Shown in pieces: positions 32,358 through 41,794 of a DNA stretch of 64,000 nt. The stretch covers positions 17,562-81,561 of the forward strand of contig RFFU01000074.1 in assembly GCA_003697085.1 (NCBI GenBank), written 5' to 3'. The first letter of the stretch is position 1. Every line of letters starts with the position of its first letter. Source of the stretch: Candidatus Hydrogenedentota bacterium. Lineage in GTDB: Bacteria; UBA8481; J006. The position numbers and the translations under genes were made by a program. The notes below the pieces were generated by a model. That model had not been told where the DNA came from. It did no database searches and saw only the letters and a program-made list of their open reading frames with translations.

Positions 32358-33260
32358 GTGATCGACAAACGCCTTCTGGCTTATCTCCGGCGGCTGGAGT
32401 TGGAGAGCCGTTCCCGACTGACCGGCCTCTTCAGCGGGCGCTACCGGAGCGTCTTTCGCGGCCAAGGAATCGAGATGGCCGATCTGCGTGAGTACATACC
32501 CGGCGATGACATCAAGGCGATTCACTGGAAGGTCACGGCTCGGACCGGAACCCCGCACGTGAAACTCTTCGAGGAGGAGCGGGAGTTGGAGATGATGATC
32601 GTCGTGGATGTTTCCGGGTCGCAATCCTTCGGCTCGAAGCGCAACACGAAGACGGCGACGGCGGCGGAAGCGGCGGCCTTCCTCGCTCTGGCGGCCGGAT
32701 TCAACAACGATCGGGCCGGACTCGTTCTCTTTTCAGAAACGATCGAGCACTTCGTTCCAGCCCGCCGCGGGCGTAATCACGCCCTCCGTCTCGCTCGCGA
32801 TATTCTCGAGCAGCGTTCCGGTCGCCGGGCGACCGATCTCGATCGCGCGATCCGCTTTACGGATCGTATTATGAAGAAGCGCGGGATGGTCTTTCTCATC
32901 TCCGATTTCCTCGACGAGGGCTACGAACGGGCCTTGAGCCGGCTCTGCGGTCGGCACGACGTCACCGCTTTGGTGGTCCTCGATCCCCGGGAATGCGCCT
33001 TGCCCGACGCCGGCGTGGTTCTTCTTGAGGACGCGGAGACGGGAGGGATTCTCGAGGTCGAGACCGGCTCGGAAGAGATTCGTGAATCCTTCGCTACAGC
33101 GGCACGAAAGCGGAAACGCGACCTCGAGGTGCAACTGCGCGGGATCGGCGCCGATGTCGTCTTCCTCTCGACCGATCGCCTCTGTTACCCGGAACTGGTC
33201 GCGTTCTTCAACCGCCGCGCGGTCCGGTCGCGGCGCCGTGAGCGAAGCCGCATTCGGTGA
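32358..33260 (+). CDS. DUF58 domain protein (vWA-like, MoxR partner)
   Basis: GIEMADLREYIPGDDIKAIHWKVTARTG matches the DUF58 signature, followed by VVDVSGSQSFGS. Confidence 0.9.
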   Translation: MIDKRLLAYLRRLELESRSRLTGLFSGRYRSVFRGQGIEMADLREYIPGDDIKAIHWKVTARTGTPHVKLFEEERELEMMIVVDVSGSQSFGSKRNTKTATAAEAAAFLALAAGFNNDRAGLVLFSETIEHFVPARRGRNHALRLARDILEQRSGRRATDLDRAIRFTDRIMKKRGMVFLISDFLDEGYERALSRLCGRHDVTALVVLDPRECALPDAGVVLLEDAETGGILEVETGSEEIRESFATAARKRKRDLEVQLRGIGADVVFLSTDRLCYPELVAFFNRRAVRSRRRERSRIR

Positions 33261-33267
33261 TCCGGCT

Positions 33268-34287
33268 ATGAATGTCCCTCCGCGTTCCCGCAAAACGCGA
33301 AACGGGAGGCGAGACAGCGCCTGCAGGTGTACAGTAGGCTCTTGTCCGCCGGTAAGGATCTTCTTCCTCCTCCTTCTCTTCCTCGCGCCGTATCCTCCCG
33401 CCGGTGCGGCTCCCTCGTTCCGGCCGAAGTTCGTTTCCTCGGAACTCGATCGCCTCGCCGTCCGCATCGGTGATACCGTCACGCTGACCTTGACGGCACG
33501 CTTCGACACGGGTTTCACCGTCCTGAAGCCGCCCGAAATCCGAACCGGTCCGCTCGAATTGCGCCGGTGGAACCTCGATACGTCGCCGACCTCGCTGACT
33601 CTTTCCGTCACCTTTCAAGCCTTCACGCCCGATACGATCCTCGTTCCTCCCGCCTCCCTTTCGGTCCGGCACGCCGATACGATGATCGCAATCCGGTCGG
33701 AAACATTTCCCCTCTTCGTTTCCCTCGGACTTGCCCCGGGTGACTCGGCTCTCCGCGATATTATTGGACCGATCGCGCCGTCACCGCCCTTCTGGAAGCG
33801 CCGGGGGCTTCTCCTCCTCCTCCCGGTGCTCCTTTTCCTTGTGCTCATCCTCGCTCTGGTGTGGAAGGCCGTGCGCCGCCGGAGACGAACGCCGGCGGGA
33901 ACCAAACGACGGACACCGTTCGAGGAGTTCGACGACCGGATGCGGATGATCAAGCGGCTTCTGGCGAGGGACGCCCCGGACATCAAAGAAATCCACTTTG
34001 TTCTTACGGAGGCCTTCAAGGAATACCTCGCCGTGGCGGAGGGGATCGACGTGTTGGGTTTGAGTACGCGGGAAACACTCGAGCATCCCGGACTCCGGGC
34101 TTGGCCGGAATCGTTGTATCGAAAGACGGCCGAGGTTCTTCGAGCAGCCGACCTCGTGAAATTCGCCAAAGCCGCTTCGACGCGCGAGGAGACGTGGAGC
34201 CGAGCGCAAATGCTGCGCGAGGTCGTGGAAGAGCTCGAGGCGGCGCGCAAGCGAGATGAGGCGGAGACAGGAGGAACGCACCGATGA
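33268..34287 (+). CDS. DUF4381-like/BatD-like single-pass membrane protein
   Basis: Signal segment, beta-rich domain (RIGDTVTLTLTARFD), TM LLLLLPVLLFLVLILALVW, and a C-terminal helical part with AADLVKFAKA. Start moved from 33025 to ATG 33268, just after the DUF58 stop. Confidence 0.6.
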   Translation: MNVPPRSRKTRNGRRDSACRCTVGSCPPVRIFFLLLLFLAPYPPAGAAPSFRPKFVSSELDRLAVRIGDTVTLTLTARFDTGFTVLKPPEIRTGPLELRRWNLDTSPTSLTLSVTFQAFTPDTILVPPASLSVRHADTMIAIRSETFPLFVSLGLAPGDSALRDIIGPIAPSPPFWKRRGLLLLLPVLLFLVLILALVWKAVRRRRRTPAGTKRRTPFEEFDDRMRMIKRLLARDAPDIKEIHFVLTEAFKEYLAVAEGIDVLGLSTRETLEHPGLRAWPESLYRKTAEVLRAADLVKFAKAASTREETWSRAQMLREVVEELEAARKRDEAETGGTHR

Positions 34288-35276
34288 CGTGGCTGGCTCC
34301 CCAATACTTCTGGCTCCTTCTGCTTCTGCCGTTTCCTTTTCTTGTGCAAAGGAAGCGCCGGGAGGCGGCGGTGCTCTTCTCTTCGTTCCGTTTGCTTCCC
34401 CCATCGATTCGACGGAGGCGCCGGCGGCTCCGTCACATTCTTCCGCCGGTCCTGCGTTTCTTCGTTCTTCTTCTCGGGATCGTGGCGCTGGCGCGGCCGG
34501 TCAAGATCAAGCGGAACGTTACGGAGACGGTCGAGGGGATCGACATCGTGCTCGTGATGGATGTTTCGAGTTCGATGAGCGCGCGGGACCTGGGGCGCCG
34601 GACACGCCTGGAAACCGCCAAAGAGGTCATCAAGGAGTTCATCGGGAAACGTCCGAACGACCGGATCGGTCTAGTCGTCTTTTCCGGGCGCGCGTTCACG
34701 CAGGCTCCGCTCACGCTCGACCACGATCTTGTCGCCACGCTCGTCGATTCTCTCAAGATTGGAATGATCGAAGACGGGACGGCGATCGGGACGGCGCTGG
34801 GAACAGCCGTCAGCCGCTTGCGGACCTCGAAGGCCCGCTCGAAGGTCGTGATCCTCTTGACCGACGGCGATAATAACGCCGGTGTTCTCGATCCGCTTAC
34901 CGCGGCGGAACTGGCCCGGCAGTTCTCGGTTAAGGTTTATACCATCGGCCTCGGGTCCGAATCCGGATACCGCTTCACGCAACGCGATCCAGCCACGGGA
35001 CGCCTTTTTACCGGTCTCTACCGCTTCAATCCTCGACTCCTCCGCCGGATTGCGCAAATCACGACGGGAAGTGAAGCCGCCTATTTCAACGCCACCAGTG
35101 AAGAGGAATTGCGACAGATCTACGACACAATCGATGCACTCGAGAAAACGGCGATCGAGGTCAAGCGTTTCGAGAAGCGGGACGAATACTTCGCTCCGTT
35201 TCTCTTCGCGGCCGTCCTGCTGCTCACTCTCGAGATCGTTCTCACCGCCACGGTGTTCCGGAGGGTGCCGTTATGA
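34284..35276 (+). CDS. batA: vWA domain membrane protein, BatA-like
   Basis: N-terminal TM, MIDAS VLVMDVSSSMS, ...LLTDGDNNAG, C-terminal TM. ATGA overlaps on both sides. Confidence 0.85.
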   Translation: MTWLAPQYFWLLLLLPFPFLVQRKRREAAVLFSSFRLLPPSIRRRRRRLRHILPPVLRFFVLLLGIVALARPVKIKRNVTETVEGIDIVLVMDVSSSMSARDLGRRTRLETAKEVIKEFIGKRPNDRIGLVVFSGRAFTQAPLTLDHDLVATLVDSLKIGMIEDGTAIGTALGTAVSRLRTSKARSKVVILLTDGDNNAGVLDPLTAAELARQFSVKVYTIGLGSESGYRFTQRDPATGRLFTGLYRFNPRLLRRIAQITTGSEAAYFNATSEEELRQIYDTIDALEKTAIEVKRFEKRDEYFAPFLFAAVLLLTLEIVLTATVFRRVPL

Positions 35277-36262
35277 CGCTGGCCCAACCGCACGTCTTGA
35301 TTCTGCTGGCGGTTTTGCCGGTCCTGGTTCTGCTTTATCTTGCCGCGGATCGGGCGTTTCAGGCGCGATTGCACCGCTTTCTCTCCCGCCGCCTCTCTTC
35401 GCGGATGACGCGGTGTTTCTCGCTGGGGCGGCTCCGGTTCAAGCGCATCCTTCTCTTGGCTGCGTTGGCATTGTTGATCCTCGCGGCCGCCCGCCCGCAA
35501 GCCGGTGAGGCGATCCGTATGGTCCGCAAACGCGGAATGAACATCGTCTTCGTGCTCGACACCTCGCGCAGTATGGCGACACCGGATGTCGCGCCGAATC
35601 GATACGCTCGGGCGATGCATGACATCGAAAAGATACTCGAACACCTTGGCACCGATCGTGTCGGGCTGGTGACGTTTGCCGGCGAGGCCTTCCCGCAGTG
35701 TCCACTGACAACCGACTACGCCGCCTTTCGAATCCTGGCGCGCGCGGCACACCTCGGCTCGATCCCGCTGCCGGGAACCAATATCGAGAAGGCCGTCGCG
35801 AAGGCGCTGGAAACACTGGAGGCCGGGTCGAAGGGCAAGGGCAAGGGAGCCGTCGTGCTCTTCACCGACGGCGAGAACCACCAGGGCGATCTCGATGCCG
35901 CGATCGCGGCGGCGAAAAAGAAGAGCATCCCGGTCTTTACGATCGGATTCGGTTCGCCCGCCGGCTCCCCCGTTCCCGATCCTCGCGGGGGCTTCAAAAA
36001 AGACCGCGAAGGGAATATTGTCGTCAGTCGGCTCGATGCCGAGACCCTGCGCCGTCTGGCTTCGGGAACCCGCGGTCGCTTCTTCCTCGCCGACGCTCGC
36101 GGCACCGAGGTCGATGCGGTTCTGCGGGCGCTGGAGGGATTCGAGCGGGAAGAGGTGCTCAGCCGCGAGGTGAGTTCCCGCGCGGAACGGTATCAGTGGC
36201 CGTTGGCCGGAGCCTTGATCCTTTTGGCCTGTGAATTCTGTCTGGGAGTGAGACGCCGATGA
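35273..36262 (+). CDS. batB: vWA domain membrane protein, BatB-like
   Basis: N-terminal TM helices, MIDAS VFVLDTSRSMA, ...LFTDGENHQG, C-terminal TM. Confidence 0.85.
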   Translation: MTLAQPHVLILLAVLPVLVLLYLAADRAFQARLHRFLSRRLSSRMTRCFSLGRLRFKRILLLAALALLILAAARPQAGEAIRMVRKRGMNIVFVLDTSRSMATPDVAPNRYARAMHDIEKILEHLGTDRVGLVTFAGEAFPQCPLTTDYAAFRILARAAHLGSIPLPGTNIEKAVAKALETLEAGSKGKGKGAVVLFTDGENHQGDLDAAIAAAKKKSIPVFTIGFGSPAGSPVPDPRGGFKKDREGNIVVSRLDAETLRRLASGTRGRFFLADARGTEVDAVLRALEGFEREEVLSREVSSRAERYQWPLAGALILLACEFCLGVRRR

Positions 36263-36999
36263 GAGAGTCTTTCTCGAAAAGGACGCGATTGGGTAGGATA
36301 CGCCTTTACCTGCCGACACCGGCCTCGCTCGCCGGAATGGTCGCTTCGCTTCTTCTTCTCTTCTCCTTCTCCGCCGCGGCGGCCGCCGCTGATCCCTTCG
36401 CCGAAGGGTACCGATTTCAAAAGGAACACCGTTACGAGGAGGCCCTCCGCCGCTACGCGGCCGTCCCCGCGGACGCACCGGAGCACGGGGCGGCGCTCTT
36501 CAACAGCGGCGTGGCGGCTTACACCGCGGGGTGGTACGACACCGCAGCACGCTTCTTCACCGCCTGCCGGAACCTCGTCGATACCTTCTCCGTTTCCTAC
36601 AACCTCGGGAACTCCCTCTACCGGGAGGGAAAATTCAAGGAGGCGGTCGAGGCGTACAAGCAAGCCCTGCGCACGCGTCCGGGCGAGGAGCGGGCGGCTC
36701 ACAACCTCGCGCTCGCTTTGGAACACCTCCGGGGAAAGTCCGGCGCGGATACCGGTGCGCGGAACGATACCGGAGCGGGAAACTCCAAGCAGCCGTCTCC
36801 GCGGGCCGATTCCTCGGCGCGCCGGAATCCGTCGCCGCGGGCGGCGCAGAATCCGCCGGCGTCACCGAAGCAGCAGGGGCTCGACCGTGACCAGGCGCAA
36901 CAGATCCTCGATGCGCTCGACGACGCGGACAAAAAGACACGCGAGAAACTCGCCCCCATCGCGGTTCCTCGTGCTCCATACGTGGAGAAGGACTGGTGA
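36259..36999 (+). CDS. batC: TPR repeat protein, BatC-like
   Basis: Signal/TM segment, then TPR-like helices (ALFNSGVAAYTAGWYDTAARFF, YNLGNSLYREGKFKEAVEAYKQAL) and a low-complexity tail. Position in the operon matches batC. Confidence 0.7.
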   Translation: MRESFSKRTRLGRIRLYLPTPASLAGMVASLLLLFSFSAAAAAADPFAEGYRFQKEHRYEEALRRYAAVPADAPEHGAALFNSGVAAYTAGWYDTAARFFTACRNLVDTFSVSYNLGNSLYREGKFKEAVEAYKQALRTRPGEERAAHNLALALEHLRGKSGADTGARNDTGAGNSKQPSPRADSSARRNPSPRAAQNPPASPKQQGLDRDQAQQILDALDDADKKTREKLAPIAVPRAPYVEKDW

Positions 37000-38927
37000 G
37001 GCGCGGCGCCGAGAGTCGCGGGCCTCTACCCCTTATTGCAATGGCGACCGCTGTCGTGCTGATAATGGGCTTGCTCCCCGGTGCGCTGCGCGCCGACGCC
37101 GGAGTTCGCCTCACGGCCAACGTCTCAAGCACTCACGTCCGTGTCGGCGAGCCCTTTCGCTACACCGTCACCGTCTTTTCCTCCTCCGGAAGTGTACCGC
37201 AACCGCAACTCGGTGCTCTGACCGGCGTCGACGTCGTCGGTCGCTCGACCTCCCAGTCCTTCTCCTTCGTCAACGGATCCCTCTCGGCCTCCTCCTCGAC
37301 ACATTACACACTCGTGGCCCGCAGACCTGGAACGCTGACGATTCCGCCCGCAACCATCACCGTAGGCGGAACACTCATCCAATCGAATCCCGTGACCGTC
37401 ACGGTCGATACGGCCGCGCCGACGCCGCCGTCACCGTCCGGATCGGGGGCGGCGCAGGCTCCTCCCGCTTCTGGTGCGAATCCGCCGGCTCACCGATCTT
37501 CGGCCTCCCGCCCCGATATCTGGCTCGAACTCGAGCCCGAAAAACGCACGGTCTTCGTCGGCGAGGCGCTTCCGGTCAATATCCGGCTCTATTCCAACAC
37601 GGCGCTTGCGGGGTATGGATTGGAGCCGATGACACCGAGCGGTTTCTGGATCGAGGAAGCAGAGTTGCCGAAGAAGCCGGAGGTCGAGCAGAAGACGGTC
37701 CGGGGACAGCGCGTCTATTCCGTTCTCGTCCGCCGGCTCATCCTCTTCCCCACCAAGCCGGGGAGACTGACCATCCCCTCGCAGAAGGGAACGATCCAAT
37801 ACTACGTGCGGAAGCGGCAGAGGGATCCGTTCGAGGAGTTCTTCCGGCATCCGTTCTTCAACGATCCCTTCTTCCGCGATCCCTTCTTCGACCGGAGCGT
37901 GCTCGTCGTGGAGGAAACCGAGGCACGATCGAAGCCGCTGGCGATCACGGTGAAGTCTCTGCCGCGATCGAGGTTCCGCCGCAACCACGTTCCCGTCGGA
38001 CGGTTTACCATCGCGGCGCGGCTGAAGAAACGAACCCTCGCCGTGAACGAAGGAACGACTTTGACGGTCACGATTCAGGGGCGGGGAACACTTCAAGGTT
38101 CGAATATCGATACGCCTCCGGAGGTGCCGGGCTGTAACGTCTTTCCGTCACAGACCCGGCGCTCCTTCGAGGCCGATCGGAACTCCTATCGCGGAACACT
38201 GGTTGCCGAATACGCCGTCGTGGGACTGGCCGAAGGCCGGTACACCGTTCCCCCGATTCCTTTCACCTTCTTCGATCCGGAACGGAAACGATATGTCACG
38301 ATCTCTTCGGAGAGCCTCCCTTTTGTCGTCGAAGGAACGGCCTCGGCGGCGCCGATACCCGGCGTGACCGCGCAAGGACCAGCGACTCCCGTCAACCGCA
38401 TCACGGGGGAACAGAAGGATCTGATCGATATCCATACGGAATACCGACCGCGCCGGCGACGGCGGCCCCTGAGCTCGACGCAGAAAATCCTGCTGAATCT
38501 TCTGCCGTGGACTCTGGTTCTTCTGAGTGCACTCGACCGGCGGCGGCGGATCCTTTTGCGCGACCCCGCCTACGCCGCTCGTGTCCGCGCGCCGGCCCGC
38601 GTTCGAGCGGCACTCAGTGATGCGGTGAAAGCACTATCGAGCCCGGAGGTGTCCGAATTTTATCGCCTTCTCTACCTTGCTATCGCCGAGGAGATCGCCG
38701 CGAAGTTCAGTGTTCCCGCCCCGTCGGTTCAGCCGGAGCGCGTCTCGGCGATCCTCCAGGGGGCGGTTCCGGAGGAAAAAATCCGTACCATCCGCGATTT
38801 CCTCGAGATCTGCCATCGACGGCGGTACTCCCCGGAAACGCCGGAGCGTGCGGAGAAGAAACGCGACTTGGAGACGGCTCGGAACCTCGTCAAGACGCTG
38901 GGGCGGATCAAGGTGAGGAACCGATGA
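36996..38927 (+). CDS. batD: BatD-like oxygen-tolerance family protein
   Basis: Signal peptide, repeated beta-rich modules (VGEPFRYTVTV, VGEALPVNIRLY), a late TM helix (ILLNLLPWTLVLLSAL) and a cytoplasmic tail. Size and operon position fit BatD. Confidence 0.75.
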   Translation: MRRGAESRGPLPLIAMATAVVLIMGLLPGALRADAGVRLTANVSSTHVRVGEPFRYTVTVFSSSGSVPQPQLGALTGVDVVGRSTSQSFSFVNGSLSASSSTHYTLVARRPGTLTIPPATITVGGTLIQSNPVTVTVDTAAPTPPSPSGSGAAQAPPASGANPPAHRSSASRPDIWLELEPEKRTVFVGEALPVNIRLYSNTALAGYGLEPMTPSGFWIEEAELPKKPEVEQKTVRGQRVYSVLVRRLILFPTKPGRLTIPSQKGTIQYYVRKRQRDPFEEFFRHPFFNDPFFRDPFFDRSVLVVEETEARSKPLAITVKSLPRSRFRRNHVPVGRFTIAARLKKRTLAVNEGTTLTVTIQGRGTLQGSNIDTPPEVPGCNVFPSQTRRSFEADRNSYRGTLVAEYAVVGLAEGRYTVPPIPFTFFDPERKRYVTISSESLPFVVEGTASAAPIPGVTAQGPATPVNRITGEQKDLIDIHTEYRPRRRRRPLSSTQKILLNLLPWTLVLLSALDRRRRILLRDPAYAARVRAPARVRAALSDAVKALSSPEVSEFYRLLYLAIAEEIAAKFSVPAPSVQPERVSAILQGAVPEEKIRTIRDFLEICHRRRYSPETPERAEKKRDLETARNLVKTLGRIKVRNR

Positions 38928-39835
38928 AGCGATTCGTCGTTGGACTCCTTCTGGCCCTGTTGGCGGGAGGGATCGTCTTGACGAGCACGGCGGCGGAAGA
39001 CACGACGTCTGTATCTCGACAAGGGCCGGCGAAAGAGGCGGCGGTCGGTCCGGAAGTTCTCTTCCGGAAGGCGAATGCCTTGTACAAAGAAGGCGATTAT
39101 GCCGGCGCCGCCGAACTCTACCGGCGCGTGGTGGAGGCCGATCCCGGCAACCCGGTCGCTCTCTTCAATCTCGGCAATACCGCCTACCGCCTCGGACATC
39201 TCGGCCGCGCCGTCGTCGCGTATCGAAAAGCCCTTCTGGTCGATCCCGATTTCACGGATGCAAGAAAGAATCTCGCCTTTGTCCGGAAACGGAGAACCGA
39301 CAAGATCGAAATTCCCACGCCTTCACTGATCGCAAAACTCCTCGCTCGCGCCCAGACAAACGCAGGAACGGGTCTTTTGATCACGAACGGACTCTTCGCC
39401 TTAGTGCTGGCGCTTCTCTTCCGCTTCTCTCCCTTGCCCGGTGATGCCGAACCGGAATCGGGAGCGGTCGAGGGCGAGGAATCCGAGGAGAGCGGCGAAG
39501 GGAGGCGAAGTCGGCGCGGTCGAGCACTGCGATTCGCGGCGATCTTTTTGGGCGTGCTGTTTCTGGGGAATCTCCTTCTTGTCGTTGCAAGCGGAACGCG
39601 GAAGGAGCGCGCGGAGGCGGTGGTGGTCGCAAAAGAAGTGCCGGTCTATGCGGAGCCGAAAGAGACGGCGCCGGTATTGACGGTCCATGACGGGCTGGAA
39701 GTCGTGATCCGGCGTTCGAGCGGCAGTTATGTCGAGATCGGGATCGCGGACGCGCCGCTGGGCTGGGTCCGGAGCGCCGTTCTCTATGTCCTTCCGAAGA
39801 GGGAGCGGAACTTTGATCAGCGTGCCGCAGGTTGA
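38924..39835 (+). CDS. batE: TPR + SH3b domain membrane protein, BatE-like
   Basis: TPRs (ANALYKEGDYAGAAELYRRVVEADPGNPVALFNLGNTAYRLGHLGRAVVAYRKAL), TM helices, and a C-terminal SH3-like segment (VPVYAEPKETAPVLTVHDGLEVVIRRSSGSYVEIG). Confidence 0.75.
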   Translation: MKRFVVGLLLALLAGGIVLTSTAAEDTTSVSRQGPAKEAAVGPEVLFRKANALYKEGDYAGAAELYRRVVEADPGNPVALFNLGNTAYRLGHLGRAVVAYRKALLVDPDFTDARKNLAFVRKRRTDKIEIPTPSLIAKLLARAQTNAGTGLLITNGLFALVLALLFRFSPLPGDAEPESGAVEGEESEESGEGRRSRRGRALRFAAIFLGVLFLGNLLLVVASGTRKERAEAVVVAKEVPVYAEPKETAPVLTVHDGLEVVIRRSSGSYVEIGIADAPLGWVRSAVLYVLPKRERNFDQRAAG

Positions 39836-39869
39836 GGGCCAGGCCTGTCTGCTCTGAGTGCCCGCCAAT

Positions 39870-40420
39870 AGCGCAATTCCTGGGAGCGCAGGCATCATGC
39901 CTGCAAGAATGGGGCGCGGGTTCTCCAACCTGCGGGGCTGATCGCCGTCTGCGTTGTCATTCCGAGCGCCAGCGAGGAATCCCCTTCGCGCGGTATCCCG
40001 AGGGAAGGGCAAGGGCAAAGGCAAGGGCAAGAAAAAGGGAATGGGGAAGGGGAACGAAAAAGGAGACAGGAAGCGCTTCCTGGGAACGCACGCCTGCCTG
40101 CAGGAAGTCCCGCAAGGAGCGCCATTCCCGGTAGCGCAGGCATCTTGCCTGTAAGAATGGGGCGCAGGGTCTCCAAGCTGCGGGGCGCATCGATACCACC
40201 GTTGTCATTACTGAGCCCCTCGCATTCGCTCGGGACAGGCTCCGCGAGGAATTCCCCCAGGTGGTTCCCGTCGCGGGGGCCGATGGGCGCTCGTGGGGGA
40301 TTCCTCGTCGGCCTCCGGCTGCCTCGGAATGACACCACGGGTGGGCGGACCGGCCGAACGCTCCTCACCCCTACCTGTTCTGCACCTCACGTCCTCCTTT
40401 GTCGGCCCGCTCCCGGTGGC
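39870..40420. repeat. large intergenic repeat island (C, A, B, partial C, C, A variant, A-inverted)
   Basis: C at 39879-39933. A at 39955-39986. B at 40002-40075. Partial C at 40076-40105. C at 40128-40185. A variant at 40203-40258. A inverted at 40293-40335. Confidence 0.8.
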
Positions 40421-40865
40421 TCACCTGATCCGACCTAAGATGTGAACTTAATCACCTTGCCCCATGAGTTCCCGAGGCCGGATAATTTAATTGAATTTCG
40501 GAGGAAGTGGTTTTCGGGATTCCGATGGATTCCGCGCAGTTTTCTATATAACTCGTTCCACTCCGCTCATGCGGGGCCCGACCCTCGGGCCCCGCGCTTT
40601 TCTCTGGTTCTCTGCACTTTCCCCTCTCTCTTCTTCGTGCTTCGATCGGGAAGGAAGCATGGGAGACATCAGAACGCAAGACATCAGAACGCAGAAACCG
40701 TGGCGCGAGTGGAAACACCGCCCCGGGAGCGCAGGCATTCTGCCTGTATCCCCGACACGCCGCTGGGCCGAGGGAATCCCGAGTCGAGGGATCGGATAGA
40801 ATCTGCCAAGCCGTTGCGTTCCCTTGGGGGAAAAGCCTTGAGGAAGTATTAAAAGCAGACCATTC

Positions 40866-41255
40866 TCAGGGTTCGAGCAGTTGTAGTTCCCGGAAGTACT
40901 TCCGGAAGAACCCGCGATCACGCGTGCAGAGCCGGTCGGCATGGTGGAGGGCGTGGGCTCCAATCATGAAGTCCGAAAGAATTCGCGTTCTCTTTCCCCC
41001 GGAGCGAAGGTGACGCGTCCAAAGCGCACCAGCCCTGGCGAGCGCGTCCGGTGACGAAGCGACGAAGGTCACACCCAGGCGCGCGAGAATCTCGTCGACC
41101 TCTTGTCGGGATCTCACCGCGCATAACTCCGAGTAGACAACCTCCCCGAGGACCAGGCCGCCCTCCGCGTGGGCTCGCCGAACCGCCTCTCTCGATGCGA
41201 CGTTCGAGGCCGTCACGATGTCGATGAGGATGTTTGTGTCGAGGGCAGTGATCAA
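40866..41255 (-). CDS. vapC: PIN domain ribonuclease toxin VapC
   Basis: ITALDTNILIDIV...(D)...SDFMIGAHALHHADRLCTRD shows PIN acidic residues. The likely TTG start at 41255 overlaps the antitoxin stop; the ORF-track start at 41321 lies inside the antitoxin gene. Confidence 0.8.
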   Translation of the reverse strand: MITALDTNILIDIVTASNVASREAVRRAHAEGGLVLGEVVYSELCAVRSRQEVDEILARLGVTFVASSPDALARAGALWTRHLRSGGKRTRILSDFMIGAHALHHADRLCTRDRGFFRKYFRELQLLEP

Positions 41256-41491
41256 CGTCCGCGGATCGCCTCGATGAACTCGTCCGTAGACATCTTCCCC
41301 GGTAGCCCCTTTTCCGCCCACGCTCCCCAGACGTGATCAACAGGATCCAGGTCGCCTTTTACCAACACCAGACGCCCCTTCTCCTCGCGAAACGTGATGC
41401 TCGTGCCGGGCCGGAGACCGAAGCGATCCCTGAGCGGCTTCGGGATTACTACCTGCCCCTTGGTGTTGACCTGATATGTCTTACTCATCAA
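41252..41491 (-). CDS. vapB: AbrB/MazE/SpoVT family antitoxin (VapB)
   Basis: QVNTKGQVVIPKPLRDRFGLRPGTSITF is the swapped-hairpin AbrB-type DNA-binding motif. Sits directly upstream of the PIN gene. Confidence 0.8.
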   Translation of the reverse strand: MMSKTYQVNTKGQVVIPKPLRDRFGLRPGTSITFREEKGRLVLVKGDLDPVDHVWGAWAEKGLPGKMSTDEFIEAIRGR

Positions 41492-41584
41492 GTAATATCA
41501 TACTACATAAAAAGTAATCACGTCAATAGGGGAAGCAGATCACAAATCTCCTCTGCGGATTCGAAAATCCGTGCTCCGCTGAGG

Positions 41585-41635
41585 ATAAGATGCCTGCCTG
41601 CCGGCGGACAGGCCTGCGCTCCCGGGAAGGCATGT
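41585..41635. repeat. partial inverted module C
   Basis: GATGCCTGCCTGCCGGCGGACAGGCCTGCGCTCCCGGG matches the inverted C cores at 14485-14536. Confidence 0.5.
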
Positions 41636-41794
41636 CTACCGATGATTTAAAAATTTTCCGTTTGATGCGCCGTTGGCTTTCGTGTATCAATTTTTGGATT
41701 TTCCCTGGCATCGATGTGGATTTTTCGTGGTGAGGCATGGCTCACTGATGACCGTGGGGAAGGAACAAAACCGATTCAGCAGGAGAGGAATTCG

